DNA of 64,000 nucleotides from Promethearchaeota archaeon (GTDB taxonomy: Archaea > Asgardarchaeota > Thorarchaeia > Thorarchaeales > Thorarchaeaceae): NCBI GenBank assembly GCA_048939765.1, contig JBHLPF010000002.1:1-64000 (forward strand). Reading direction: 5' to 3'. The notes beneath the pieces are model-generated. The model did no database searches. It saw only the letters and a program-made list of their open reading frames with translations, and was not told the DNA's origin. Made by a program: the position numbers and the translations under genes. This document shows positions 55,540 to 64,000 of the stretch, in pieces (positions within the stretch are counted from its first letter, which is position 1; every line of letters starts with the position of its first letter).

Positions 55540-56351
55540 TGAGTCCAGAAGTGAAACCTGACTCCTTGCTTAACGCTGAGGGCCTACGAGTTGATGGCAG
55601 AAGACTAGATGAGCTAAGGCCAATTCAAATGGAGGTTGGAGTGCTCAAGACTGCTGATGGTTCAGCCTCTATAAGGCAAGGCAAGACCTACATCATGGCA
55701 GCAGTCTACGGTCCACGAGAGCTACATCCTAGACATTTGACGTTGAATGATCGTGCATATCTTAGAGTTGTCTACAGAATGGCCACGTTCTCAGTTCCAG
55801 ACAGAAAGAGACCTGCACCATCTCGACGAGAACGTGAGATCTCGATGGTCATTGCTAATGCACTGCAACCAGTATTGTTCTTGGAGCAATATCCAAAGGC
55901 TGTGATTGATGTATTCATACAAGTCATTCAAGCTGATGGTGGCACAAGATGTGCTGCCATTAATGCAGCTTCGCTTGCATTAGCTGATGCAGGAATCCCG
56001 ATGAGGTCTCTTGTTCCTTCTGTTGCCGTGGGCAAAGCTGAAGGTAAACTAATTGTGGACCTTGGTGATGAAGAGGACAAATACGGGCAGGGTGATGTTC
56101 CACTAGCCATTCTTCCTGATACAAATGAACTGACACTATTGCAGCAGGATGGGTCATTCACACGTGAGGAGCTTGTTGAGGCAATGCAGATGGGAATTAA
56201 CGCCTGTAAATACCTGCATGAACTGCAGAAAGACGCTCTGAAGCGGTCGTACTCAAAAAGGGCTCCTGAGGATGATGACGAAGAGATGGACGACTACGAT
56301 GACGACCTTGAGACTGACCTCGGCGAAGCCGAGATAATGGAGGATGAGTAG
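55539..56351 (+). CDS. rrp41: Exosome exonuclease Rrp41
   Basis: R.DGR..DELR, ADGSA, VYGPRE, ADGGTR, EED..G..D. Confidence 0.95.
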   Translation: MSPEVKPDSLLNAEGLRVDGRRLDELRPIQMEVGVLKTADGSASIRQGKTYIMAAVYGPRELHPRHLTLNDRAYLRVVYRMATFSVPDRKRPAPSRREREISMVIANALQPVLFLEQYPKAVIDVFIQVIQADGGTRCAAINAASLALADAGIPMRSLVPSVAVGKAEGKLIVDLGDEEDKYGQGDVPLAILPDTNELTLLQQDGSFTREELVEAMQMGINACKYLHELQKDALKRSYSKRAPEDDDEEMDDYDDDLETDLGEAEIMEDE

Positions 56352-57180
56352 AATGACTGATTTCAGCTCAGAAATCATCAGCCACATTGACAGGGGCTAT
56401 GTTGCAGACCTGCTGAACAAAGGTGAAAGGGTTGACGGTCGAGCCTTTGACGAATATCGAGAAATTGTCATTGAACCTAATCCCGTGGCTGCAAAGGCAG
56501 AAGGATCTGCAATTGTACGGATTGGCGGCACATCTGTCGTTGCTGGCGTGAAGGTACTGACAGGAGCACCCTATCCAGACACGCCCGATGAAGGTGTGAC
56601 AATGGTAACAGCTGAAATGGCACCCATGGCTTCTCCTCTATTCGAGTTGGGTCCCCCAAAGGAACCCGCCATCGAACTGGCAAGAGTTGTTGACAGAGGA
56701 GTCCGTGAGTCAGAGACAATGGATGCCAAGGCCCTTTGCATTAAGCCAGGGAAGCTTGTGTATATGGTCTTTGCAGATGTCTATACACTCGAATATGATG
56801 GCAATCTGATTGATGCATCATCAATAGCGGTTAATTCTGCGCTAGTCGGAACCAGGTTTCCAGAAGTCAAGCTGGAAGATGATAAGGAAGTAGCCACTGG
56901 CAAGATGCTCGCTCTGCCTCTTCAGAATATGGCAATAGAACATACTGTTGCTAAAATTGGAGAGCACCTAGTCATCGATCCTGTCATCAAGGAAGAGATG
57001 GTCATGGATTGCCGTCTAACCATGGCGGTTGACAAAGACGATAACTTCACCGCTATGCAGAAAGGTGGAGGCGTAGGCCCTATGTCGCTCGAGATGATTG
57101 ACCATTCAATGGGCATGGCTCTTGAGAGGTCAAAAGAGATTCGAGAGCTCATAGACGAAGCAATGAAGTCCGCAGAATAG
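56344..57180 (+). CDS. rrp42: Exosome subunit Rrp42
   Basis: R.DGR.FDEYR, KAEGSA, P.PDTP..G, ELARVVDRG.RES, DGNLIDA, QKGG. Confidence 0.95.
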   Translation: MSRMTDFSSEIISHIDRGYVADLLNKGERVDGRAFDEYREIVIEPNPVAAKAEGSAIVRIGGTSVVAGVKVLTGAPYPDTPDEGVTMVTAEMAPMASPLFELGPPKEPAIELARVVDRGVRESETMDAKALCIKPGKLVYMVFADVYTLEYDGNLIDASSIAVNSALVGTRFPEVKLEDDKEVATGKMLALPLQNMAIEHTVAKIGEHLVIDPVIKEEMVMDCRLTMAVDKDDNFTAMQKGGGVGPMSLEMIDHSMGMALERSKEIRELIDEAMKSAE

Positions 57181-57275
57181 GAACAGATGCGTGTCTCAGT
57201 CAATCTGGGATACGCTCTCTTCTCTTCACCGATAGATATGCTAATAAGCGAAATCGTTGGGCGACTGATAGACTC

Positions 57276-57297
57276 GGAGCGCCAAGTCAGGCGCTCC
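57276..57297 (+). promoter_or_regulatory. GC-rich hairpin in the rrp42-rpl37ae spacer
   Basis: Perfect 8-bp stem ggagcgcc-aagtca-ggcgctcc, 27 nt before the TTG start. Confidence 0.45.
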
Positions 57298-57324
57298 TAA
57301 TGACCACACCAGGAGAATACCGGT

Positions 57325-57732
57325 TTGGGAAGAAAGACAAAGAAAGTTGGCAGCACTGGAAGACTTGGTGCTAGGTACGGGGCGAAACTACGACGCAGAG
57401 TGCTTGATATCGAGAAACGTCGTGCTGAACCGCAGCGTTGCCCGTCCTGTGCCACAAGAGCCCTCACCAGAGAAGCTGTTGGTCTGTGGAGCTGCAAGAA
57501 GTGTGGTCTGAGTTTTGCTGGCGGAGCATATGTTCCATTCACAGATGCAGGTAAGGCTGCTAAACGTGCCATTGCACAGAGGGTTTCAGGTGACTTTCTT
57601 GCCTTGAGAGACGAAGACGAAATCGTCGACCCTTCTGAGTTCCTTCCTAACATTGAGGAGGAAGTGGCTGTAGCAGTTTCCATTGATGATGAATCGGATG
57701 TTCCCGTTGAGGAACCTGAGGCTAGTGACTAG
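57325..57732 (+). CDS. rpl37ae: 50S ribosomal protein L37Ae (eL43) with an acidic extension
   Basis: KKVG.TGR.GARYG, CPSC...W.CKKC, GGAY.P. Confidence 0.95.
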   Translation: MGRKTKKVGSTGRLGARYGAKLRRRVLDIEKRRAEPQRCPSCATRALTREAVGLWSCKKCGLSFAGGAYVPFTDAGKAAKRAIAQRVSGDFLALRDEDEIVDPSEFLPNIEEEVAVAVSIDDESDVPVEEPEASD

Positions 57733-57756
57733 CCGCTAACAGGGCAGTGAACTGCA

Positions 57757-58320
57757 TTGCCCCAAGCATTGATCACCACATCCCGAAAAACATCAAATCG
57801 AGTTCGCTCTTTTGTACGCGATCTCTGGTCTGTTCTACCCGGCACTGAAAGGTTCAACCGAGGAGGGATGAGTATCGATGAGTTGCGGTCAAGAGTGAAA
57901 CAATCCGGTGCGAAACTCGCCCTCATCGTTACAATATGGAAGGGCAATCCAAGAACTATCAGGTTTCTATATCCGCACGGTGATGATGCACTGGAAGTCA
58001 GAGTGGAGAGTGCTGCGCTTAGAAAAGAAGTTACGGGGAATAAGGCGCCTAGAATACAATCCCTTTATGGTGTAACTGTTGAAGAGAATTGTACACAAAA
58101 TGCCCGAGAGTTTGCTTCAGCTATTGCATCAATGCTTGGGACTGATGTGAAGAATGAACCACAGCCAGTGATTCTAGACGAAGCGGCTTCTGGCATGGTC
58201 GAGATAAGAGTTACCGACCTTCGCGGAGGCAAACTCCTTTGGACATTTTATCATGCGCATAATGGACTGGAGGTAGGTCCACGCATTCGAATTTCAAAAT
58301 TCTGGAGAGGATTGTCCTGA
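57757..58320 (+). CDS. Brix/Imp4-domain ribosome biogenesis protein
   Basis: LITTSRK.S.RVRSF.RDL, NRG.M, KGNP, GP.I. Confidence 0.88.
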   Translation: MPQALITTSRKTSNRVRSFVRDLWSVLPGTERFNRGGMSIDELRSRVKQSGAKLALIVTIWKGNPRTIRFLYPHGDDALEVRVESAALRKEVTGNKAPRIQSLYGVTVEENCTQNAREFASAIASMLGTDVKNEPQPVILDEAASGMVEIRVTDLRGGKLLWTFYHAHNGLEVGPRIRISKFWRGLS

Positions 58321-58580
58321 TACGACAAGGACGGGCCATTATCGAAATCCCAATGGAATCAGAAGAAATCGCCGAAACAATTCGTTCTGCATTAGATCCT
58401 GAGACAAACTCAGCTCCATCAGATAGAGCTCGTGCTGCAGTGATTATACGCGGCTCAGTCCTAGTCATTCAAATCTCATCTAGTGACTTGACTTCTTTAA
58501 GGGCTGCAATGAATTCGTATATCGCATGGGTTTCAGCGAGTCTTGAAACGATTAATGCAGTCCTAGGCCAAAATCCTTAA
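58317..58580 (+). CDS. pcc1: KEOPS complex subunit Pcc1
   Basis: A.IEI....E.A..I..AL.PE, D...LRA.MNSY..W; probable CTG start at 58317 overlapping the Brix stop (first ATG is 58353). Confidence 0.85.
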   Translation: MIRQGRAIIEIPMESEEIAETIRSALDPETNSAPSDRARAAVIIRGSVLVIQISSSDLTSLRAAMNSYIAWVSASLETINAVLGQNP

Positions 58581-58632
58581 GTCGCTTACCAGATGGCGCA
58601 GGCGAAGTTAACCTCGCAATTAGAGGGAGTAG

Positions 58633-59001
58633 ATGCATATGGCACAACAGATACCACCAGAAATTGAACATGAGATTATGAAGCTTGAGAATATGCGGCG
58701 TCAGTTCGAACAGCTAATGGCCGCAATACAGACCAGGCAGTCTGAATTAAGGGAATCAGAAATCACGCTTGAGGAATTGAAGAAGCAGCCTGATGATACA
58801 GTCACATACAAGTCTGTTGGCCAAATCATGTTTCAGGTTGACAAGGCACAACTCCAAGAGGAGCTGACGAGCAGAGTCAGTGACCTCAAGATTTGGCTGG
58901 AAGCCAAAACAAAGGGCGCTGAAAAGGATCGAAAAGAGATTGAAGAGTTAACAAAGAAGATTCAGCTCGATATCTCCACGCGAAACCTAAAGGTTCAGTG
59001 A
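58633..59001 (+). CDS. pfdB: Prefoldin beta subunit
   Basis: Coiled coils flanking YKSVG.IM; conserved position after Pcc1. Confidence 0.9.
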   Translation: MHMAQQIPPEIEHEIMKLENMRRQFEQLMAAIQTRQSELRESEITLEELKKQPDDTVTYKSVGQIMFQVDKAQLQEELTSRVSDLKIWLEAKTKGAEKDRKEIEELTKKIQLDISTRNLKVQ

Positions 59002-59309
59002 ATCATATGTGTCCCACACCAACTGAGATTGGATTACCCAGTCTCAATGCTCGGCTGATAGAGAGTCTTGCGGAGGATTGTGAGGACGAGATAACCAAAT
59101 TCATTCTTGGCAAGATTCCTAGGAAGAGCGTGGCAGAAATCTCTGTTAGTTGTATTCTAGAATTCGATGAAGAGCTTGACGTCGACATCCAGATTGACCT
59201 TGAGCAGAGCTATGACACTGGGGACAACCTTGATGAGATTCTGGATGCTGCGACGCGATATGGTACTGAGTGGTTAGAGAAGCGCCTAAAGGAGCTGAAG
59301 GCAACTTGA
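58998..59309 (+). CDS. DUF3194-family protein
   Basis: IGLP.L, acidic alpha/beta protein, conserved neighbour of pfdB. Confidence 0.7.
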   Translation: MNHMCPTPTEIGLPSLNARLIESLAEDCEDEITKFILGKIPRKSVAEISVSCILEFDEELDVDIQIDLEQSYDTGDNLDEILDAATRYGTEWLEKRLKELKAT

Positions 59310-60304
59310 GCTCTAGATCTCTTCTTGCTGAATCATCGAACCCCCTGATATTGGGTCATCAGAATGCAGATCCTGATGCAGTGTGTTCCATGGTTGCAGT
59401 AAAAGAGCTCTACCTCGCACTACGCCCGGATGGCAACGTGACGCTCGTGTGTGATGATGTTAGCCGCTTATCCAATCAGGTGTTGAGTCATTTCTCATTA
59501 GATGTTGCTATTTCTGATTATTCAGAGGACACACATGATTTTGTCATCCTCTTGGACACAAATAGTGAATTTCAGCTGGGCCCTCGAGTGAGAACCCTTC
59601 TCACAGACCCTACGAGAACCCTTGCTATTGATCACCATGAAGAGACTGCGGATTTGTCATCAATTGCAACGCACCAGATAGTGGATAGCAATGCCTCATC
59701 CACATGCGAGCTCGTCATTGGCCTATATGATGACCTGGGAGTCCCAATATCGTCCAACGTAGCCAATCTGCTTCTTACAGGCATGATTTTTGATACTCGT
59801 CGTTTCTTCCACTCCGGACGCGAGTCTCTTCAAATGGCTGTGAAGCTCATCGACGCAGGTGCTGACTATGACTCGTGTGTAAGAGCATTGGTCATCAAGC
59901 CGGACCGATCTGAGAGAATCGCTAGACTGAAAGCTGCCGGACGATTGCAGGTTCACGATATGGGTGGTTGGATAGTCGCTGTTTCCAAGATAGGCGCCTA
60001 CGAGGCGAGTGCATGCAGAGCCTTGATTGAGATTGGTGCGGATGTTGCTATTGTTGCAGGAAAGACCACAAAGGGGGTCGTTAGATTCAGTTCTCGGAGC
60101 AGTCGTCACTTCTCCTCGGAAACTGGCGTCAACCTTGGGACTGATGTAATGGAGCCTATTGGGGAACTCATAGGGGGCGAAGGCGGGGGACACGCTAATG
60201 CAGCAGGGGCAAATGGCACAAAGAATCGAAGTGAGGGGCTGGCAAAGGCAATTGAGCTTCTCCAATTGGCAATAGAGAAAAGCACAGGAGAGAAGGTAGG
60301 CTAG
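59306..60304 (+). CDS. DHH/DHHA1 phosphoesterase
   Basis: HQNADPDA, LLD, IDHH, GM..DT..F, GGGH..AAG; TTG start overlapping the upstream stop. Confidence 0.9.
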   Translation: MSSRSLLAESSNPLILGHQNADPDAVCSMVAVKELYLALRPDGNVTLVCDDVSRLSNQVLSHFSLDVAISDYSEDTHDFVILLDTNSEFQLGPRVRTLLTDPTRTLAIDHHEETADLSSIATHQIVDSNASSTCELVIGLYDDLGVPISSNVANLLLTGMIFDTRRFFHSGRESLQMAVKLIDAGADYDSCVRALVIKPDRSERIARLKAAGRLQVHDMGGWIVAVSKIGAYEASACRALIEIGADVAIVAGKTTKGVVRFSSRSSRHFSSETGVNLGTDVMEPIGELIGGEGGGHANAAGANGTKNRSEGLAKAIELLQLAIEKSTGEKVG

Positions 60305-60311
60305 GAGGCAT

Positions 60312-61163
60312 TTGTCGATGGCCTTGGTCGAGTTTGCAGATTTCAGTTTCAAATACTTGGGAGCTGATTTTCTTGCTCTACGCAAGGTCAGTGTTTCAGT
60401 CAATGAAGGGGAATATGTTGTTATAACGGGCCCATCGGGATGCGGAAAAACAACTCTGTGCCGAGCTATCAATGGGCTAGTCCCGCATTTTCATCGAGGA
60501 TATATTGCAGGAAATGTGTACGTAGACGGACACAATACACGCGAAGCAACAGTTGCCCAACTGGCATCCACGGTAGGCTTGGTTTTTCAAAATCCAGCCA
60601 ACCAACTGGTCACATTGAATGTAGAGAAAGAGATTGCCTTTGGACCTGAGAATCTCGGTGTGGAGCCACAGGAGGTCAGGAATCGAGTTGAGGAGATTAT
60701 TGATCTTCTGAATCTTGAACATCTGCGAGATAAACATCCACATGAGATGAGTGGTGGCGAACAACAGCGACTTGCTATGGCTGCAACATTGGCACTCAAG
60801 CCTAAAGTCCTGGTGGCTGATGAACCAACCTCAAATCTTGATCCAAAGAGTGCTGAACTGATTCTAGAAATCATTGCTGAGCTTAACAAGCGAAATGGAA
60901 TGACGGTCATTCTTGTGGAGCATAGACTTGATCTAGTGGCCAAGGATGCATCTAGAGTAGTCCTGATGGATAGGGGGCAGATTGTGGCTGACGGGCCACC
61001 CCGAGACATTCTGCCCATGGACATCTCTATGGAAATTGGAGTAGGGGTTCCAAAAGCAACCCAAGTTTACAGACGACTTCAAGCCAAGGGAATAGAACTA
61101 GGCCGAGTTCCTCTCACTGGTGAGGAGCTTGCGACTTTAGTTGGGGAGGTGCCCCATCAGTGA
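60312..61163 (+). CDS. ecfA: ECF transporter ATPase A
   Basis: GPSGCGKTT, VFQNP..Q, FGPEN, SGGEQQR, DEPT..LDP, EH. Confidence 0.9.
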   Translation: MSMALVEFADFSFKYLGADFLALRKVSVSVNEGEYVVITGPSGCGKTTLCRAINGLVPHFHRGYIAGNVYVDGHNTREATVAQLASTVGLVFQNPANQLVTLNVEKEIAFGPENLGVEPQEVRNRVEEIIDLLNLEHLRDKHPHEMSGGEQQRLAMAATLALKPKVLVADEPTSNLDPKSAELILEIIAELNKRNGMTVILVEHRLDLVAKDASRVVLMDRGQIVADGPPRDILPMDISMEIGVGVPKATQVYRRLQAKGIELGRVPLTGEELATLVGEVPHQ

Positions 61164-61987
61164 TAATTGTGGAGGACGTGCATTATACCTATGATGGTAT
61201 CTATACTGCTCTCCAAGGAGTGTCCTTGCAGATTGAGAAGGGTGAAAGAGTTGCCATTATGGGAACCAACGGAGCAGGAAAAACGACTCTAATCAAGCAT
61301 ATGAATGGGCTTCTTCGACCTCAGCAAGGAAGAGTGATTGTGGATGGTATCGATGCGAAATCTCTCTCTATCGCTGAGCTCTCGAGGACTGTTGGTCTTG
61401 TCTGGCAGAACCCTGACCACCAGCTGTTTCTTGATAGTGTCAAGAAGGAGATTGAGTTCGGACTGAAGAACCTTGGCTTCACCACAGAGGAGGCTGAGGA
61501 AAAGTGTGTCAAGACACTTCAGGATCTTGGACTGGAAGGATTTGCAGAGAGATCTCCCTTTGCTCTTTCCGGAGGCGAAAGAAAGCGAGTCGCATTAGCA
61601 ACTGTATTGGCGACGGAGCCGCAGGTTCTTGCACTAGATGAACCTACTATTGGACAAGACGCTCACCAGAAAGAACGACTTGCTCGCATGTTGATCGATC
61701 TCAACGAGCGAGGGCGCACAGTTATTGTTGTGACTCACGATGTTGAGTTTGTTATTGAAAACTTTCCACGAACCATCGCAATGGCTGAGGGACGAATTGT
61801 TGCAGACGGTTCGACTGGGGCAGTCTTGAGTCATGATGATGTTCTGGAACGCTGTTCTCTGACACCTCCACAGTTGACAGTGGCAGCACGGACACTTCAC
61901 AGAGTCTTTCCACAGGTACCTGCGCGTCTATCCCTGCTATCGGAATTGGAGGAAGCGGTCTCTGAGATACTCGGAGGTACGACGTGA
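61160..61987 (+). CDS. ecfA: ECF transporter ATPase A'
   Basis: GTNGAGKTT, QNPDHQLF, PF.LSGGE.KR, DEPT.GQD, THD. Confidence 0.9.
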   Translation: MIIVEDVHYTYDGIYTALQGVSLQIEKGERVAIMGTNGAGKTTLIKHMNGLLRPQQGRVIVDGIDAKSLSIAELSRTVGLVWQNPDHQLFLDSVKKEIEFGLKNLGFTTEEAEEKCVKTLQDLGLEGFAERSPFALSGGERKRVALATVLATEPQVLALDEPTIGQDAHQKERLARMLIDLNERGRTVIVVTHDVEFVIENFPRTIAMAEGRIVADGSTGAVLSHDDVLERCSLTPPQLTVAARTLHRVFPQVPARLSLLSELEEAVSEILGGTT

Positions 61988-62757
61988 TGTCATTTCTTGA
62001 GGTGTTTCAGTATACGCGCCAGGCCTCTCTGGTCCATGACCTAGACCCACGGTCAAAAATGATGTTGACTCTCACTCTTGCCGTTATATCTCTCCTCTTT
62101 CTGGACATTGTTCCACTGCTGATTATTCTAATCACAATGGTTCCTCTTCTCATTGCAGCTAAATCCCTCCGAAGATGGGCACGTAGCATGAAGGGGATGT
62201 CCTATCTATTGCTCTTCATTGTCATCTTTAACACACTACTCTCAAATGTTTCAAATCCATTCTCGCATTCAATAGCATTGGCCATCAGGCTTCTTGCGTT
62301 GATGACTTCCTTCTCCATCTTCTTCTTGACTGTGCATCCAGACCAACTTGCGCAATCCCTGATTCAGATGCGGGTTCGTTTCGAGTTTGCATTTGCTATG
62401 AGCATGGCTATGCGATATGTTCCCACACTTGGACAAGAGGCTTATGCAATCATGGATGCGCAGAAGGCCCGCGGGGTGGAGCTGGACAAAGGCAACATTC
62501 TGAAGCGCATTCGCAATATAGTGCCAATCATTGTTCCTCTGATTATTGTTTCAATACGAAGAGCCTTGTCTGTGGCTGAGAGCATGGAATCGAGGGGATT
62601 CGGAGCAAATGAGAACAGAACATACATGGAGCTTTTAAGATTCAGAAGGAGGGACTGGGCGGTCCTGCTCGTATCACTTCTCGTGCTAGTCTGTGGCATC
62701 TATGTGAGGTTCTTTGTTCCACTTCCATCCTGGATGTTGTTCCAGCTACCATTCTAA
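61984..62757 (+). CDS. ecfT: ECF transporter transmembrane subunit T
   Basis: H.LDPR.K, R.VP, AQKARG, MESRGF. Confidence 0.92.
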   Translation: MMSFLEVFQYTRQASLVHDLDPRSKMMLTLTLAVISLLFLDIVPLLIILITMVPLLIAAKSLRRWARSMKGMSYLLLFIVIFNTLLSNVSNPFSHSIALAIRLLALMTSFSIFFLTVHPDQLAQSLIQMRVRFEFAFAMSMAMRYVPTLGQEAYAIMDAQKARGVELDKGNILKRIRNIVPIIVPLIIVSIRRALSVAESMESRGFGANENRTYMELLRFRRRDWAVLLVSLLVLVCGIYVRFFVPLPSWMLFQLPF

Positions 62758-62823
62758 CGCTTAATGGTTCATATGGATTTTATTTATCTAATCCCACACG
62801 TAATTTCTGGGGTGCTTCAGTAG

Positions 62824-63417
62824 GTGAGGAGCTTGTCTAAGAAAAAGTCTACCGGACTCACGAAGAGAAGGAAGTATACGGTCAAGAATCTAGTTACTGA
62901 TTTGAAGAAGATAGGGTGCTCTCCTAGAGTTCTTGACAACATCGGTCGCGAAGTAGTCTATTTTGAATGGACTCAAGCTCAACACTTGTTGGGAGAGGAC
63001 CATCCAGTCACCACGAATTTAGAATCACTTCTAGAGTTTATGCAAGGTGGCTGTGAGAAACAACTTGTTGAGGGTGAACTATGGCGTGCTGCTGACACTC
63101 CTCAGTCCGCACTCAATGACGCAATAAAGGGTGCACCAGCGGAGTTTCTATCCTACCAATTCGTTCGTTCGTCAGATCACGTCCATGAAGTTCTTGAAGC
63201 TGCCAAGAAAGAGCGTAAGATGGAAATCAAGACCTACAAGGAAATTGAGAAAGGTGTGAGAAAAGAAATCAAGGCAGACCCAGATAATCCTGACCTTTGG
63301 AATAAGCTACGGCTTGTCCTCTGGCTTGTCGGAAAGCACAAGGAATCTAGTGAGGCCTTCAAGAAGGCAAAGAAGCTTGGCTGGGACAGTGCCACAAGTG
63401 CCTTTGTTGCTCTCTAG
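62824..63417 (+). CDS. Hypothetical protein with a C-terminal TPR-like repeat
   Basis: DPDNPDLWNKL..VL...GK.KES.EAFKKA. Confidence 0.6.
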   Translation: MRSLSKKKSTGLTKRRKYTVKNLVTDLKKIGCSPRVLDNIGREVVYFEWTQAQHLLGEDHPVTTNLESLLEFMQGGCEKQLVEGELWRAADTPQSALNDAIKGAPAEFLSYQFVRSSDHVHEVLEAAKKERKMEIKTYKEIEKGVRKEIKADPDNPDLWNKLRLVLWLVGKHKESSEAFKKAKKLGWDSATSAFVAL

Positions 63418-63514
63418 ACGAAGTCTGATGATTAGTGCATATTGATTCATCTCATCCGAATGATGAATCCAGAGGTGAACGATACAATCATTGGGCGGCT
63501 TTGTCAATGTTTCA

Positions 63515-64000
63515 ATGACGCTCATCATGACTCGAATCCTACATCTCATGAGGCACGCAGAAACAGAAATTGATCCTAATATTCCAGCATCTGATTGGCA
63601 GCTCACTGAGGATGGCCTTTGCCAAGCAGAAGAACTTGCTTCGGTGGGCATCTTTTCTGGTGTGGATGGCATCTTTTCATCAACTGAAAGCAAGGCGTTG
63701 CAGACGGCACGCCCTTTTGCTGACAGGCTCGGAATTGAGATTATGGAATACTCTGAGTTCAGAGAGCTTAACAGAGGAACCGAAATGCTCTCTGATACGG
63801 AATACTTACACTCTGTGGAGGGGCTTCTGAATAGATCTGATGCCGTACCTGGCTGGGAGTTACGAGAGCATGCCATGAATCGTTTTCAAACAAGGCTAGA
63901 ACGAATAATGAACAAGGGTGATTTCAGAGAGGGTCTTCTCATTTCTCATGGACTTGTTCTCTCAATGCATTTCGCAGATCTCTTGCAACTTGATGATGTC
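63515..64000 (+). CDS. Histidine phosphatase (phosphoglycerate mutase-like), truncated by the window edge; absent from the ORF track
   Basis: Hand translation: LHLMRHAET...LTEDG..QA...SS...KA.QTA...FRE...LISHG. Confidence 0.85.
   Translation, partial: MTLIMTRILHLMRHAETEIDPNIPASDWQLTEDGLCQAEELASVGIFSGVDGIFSSTESKALQTARPFADRLGIEIMEYSEFRELNRGTEMLSDTEYLHSVEGLLNRSDAVPGWELREHAMNRFQTRLERIMNKGDFREGLLISHGLVLSMHFADLLQLDDV

Noticed and set aside
59723-60472. Long antisense ORFs (249 aa here; also 63307-63876, 24506-25093, 31697-32221 and others)
   Set aside because: They are shadows of well-supported genes on the opposite strand and carry no motifs of their own
1-64000. tRNA, rRNA, CRISPR arrays, transposases, integrases, prophage or defence genes
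   Set aside because: None recognised by eye; intergenic gaps are short and show no cloverleaf or repeat pattern, though a covariance-model scan was not possible

Overview
Gene-dense archaeal chromosome segment, most likely from an Asgard archaeon (Thorarchaeia-like). This is inferred from a Rab/Ras-like GTPase next to a longin/NPRL2-like protein, many Hdr paralogues and the archaeal proteasome-exosome superoperon. In order, the window holds: ahcY and a tandem-Lrp regulator; a class III aminotransferase with a kinase-fold partner; two tandem acyl-CoA ligases divergent from a 2-hydroxyacyl-CoA dehydratase/activator trio; a four-subunit 2-oxoacid:ferredoxin oxidoreductase split by an NPRL2-like/small-GTPase cassette; and an Hdr hub (3x HdrBC, two giant double-module HdrA, one fused to MvhD). 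Inside the Hdr hub is a SAM methyltransferase + HgcA-like corrinoid membrane protein + ferredoxin operon with non-canonical motifs. Further right lie an SCP2/dehydrogenase/LsrK-like kinase/class II aldolase/AOR catabolic operon and the psmA-SBDS-exosome-L37Ae-Brix-Pcc1-prefoldin-DHH-ECF superoperon. The best candidates for an undescribed system are (1) the non-canonical HgcAB-like methyl-transfer operon, (2) the NPRL2 (GATOR1)-like protein paired with a GTPase and (3) the SCP2-kinase-aldolase-AOR pathway. I found no rRNA, tRNA, CRISPR array or mobile element. All family assignments come from motif recognition by eye, not from database searches.
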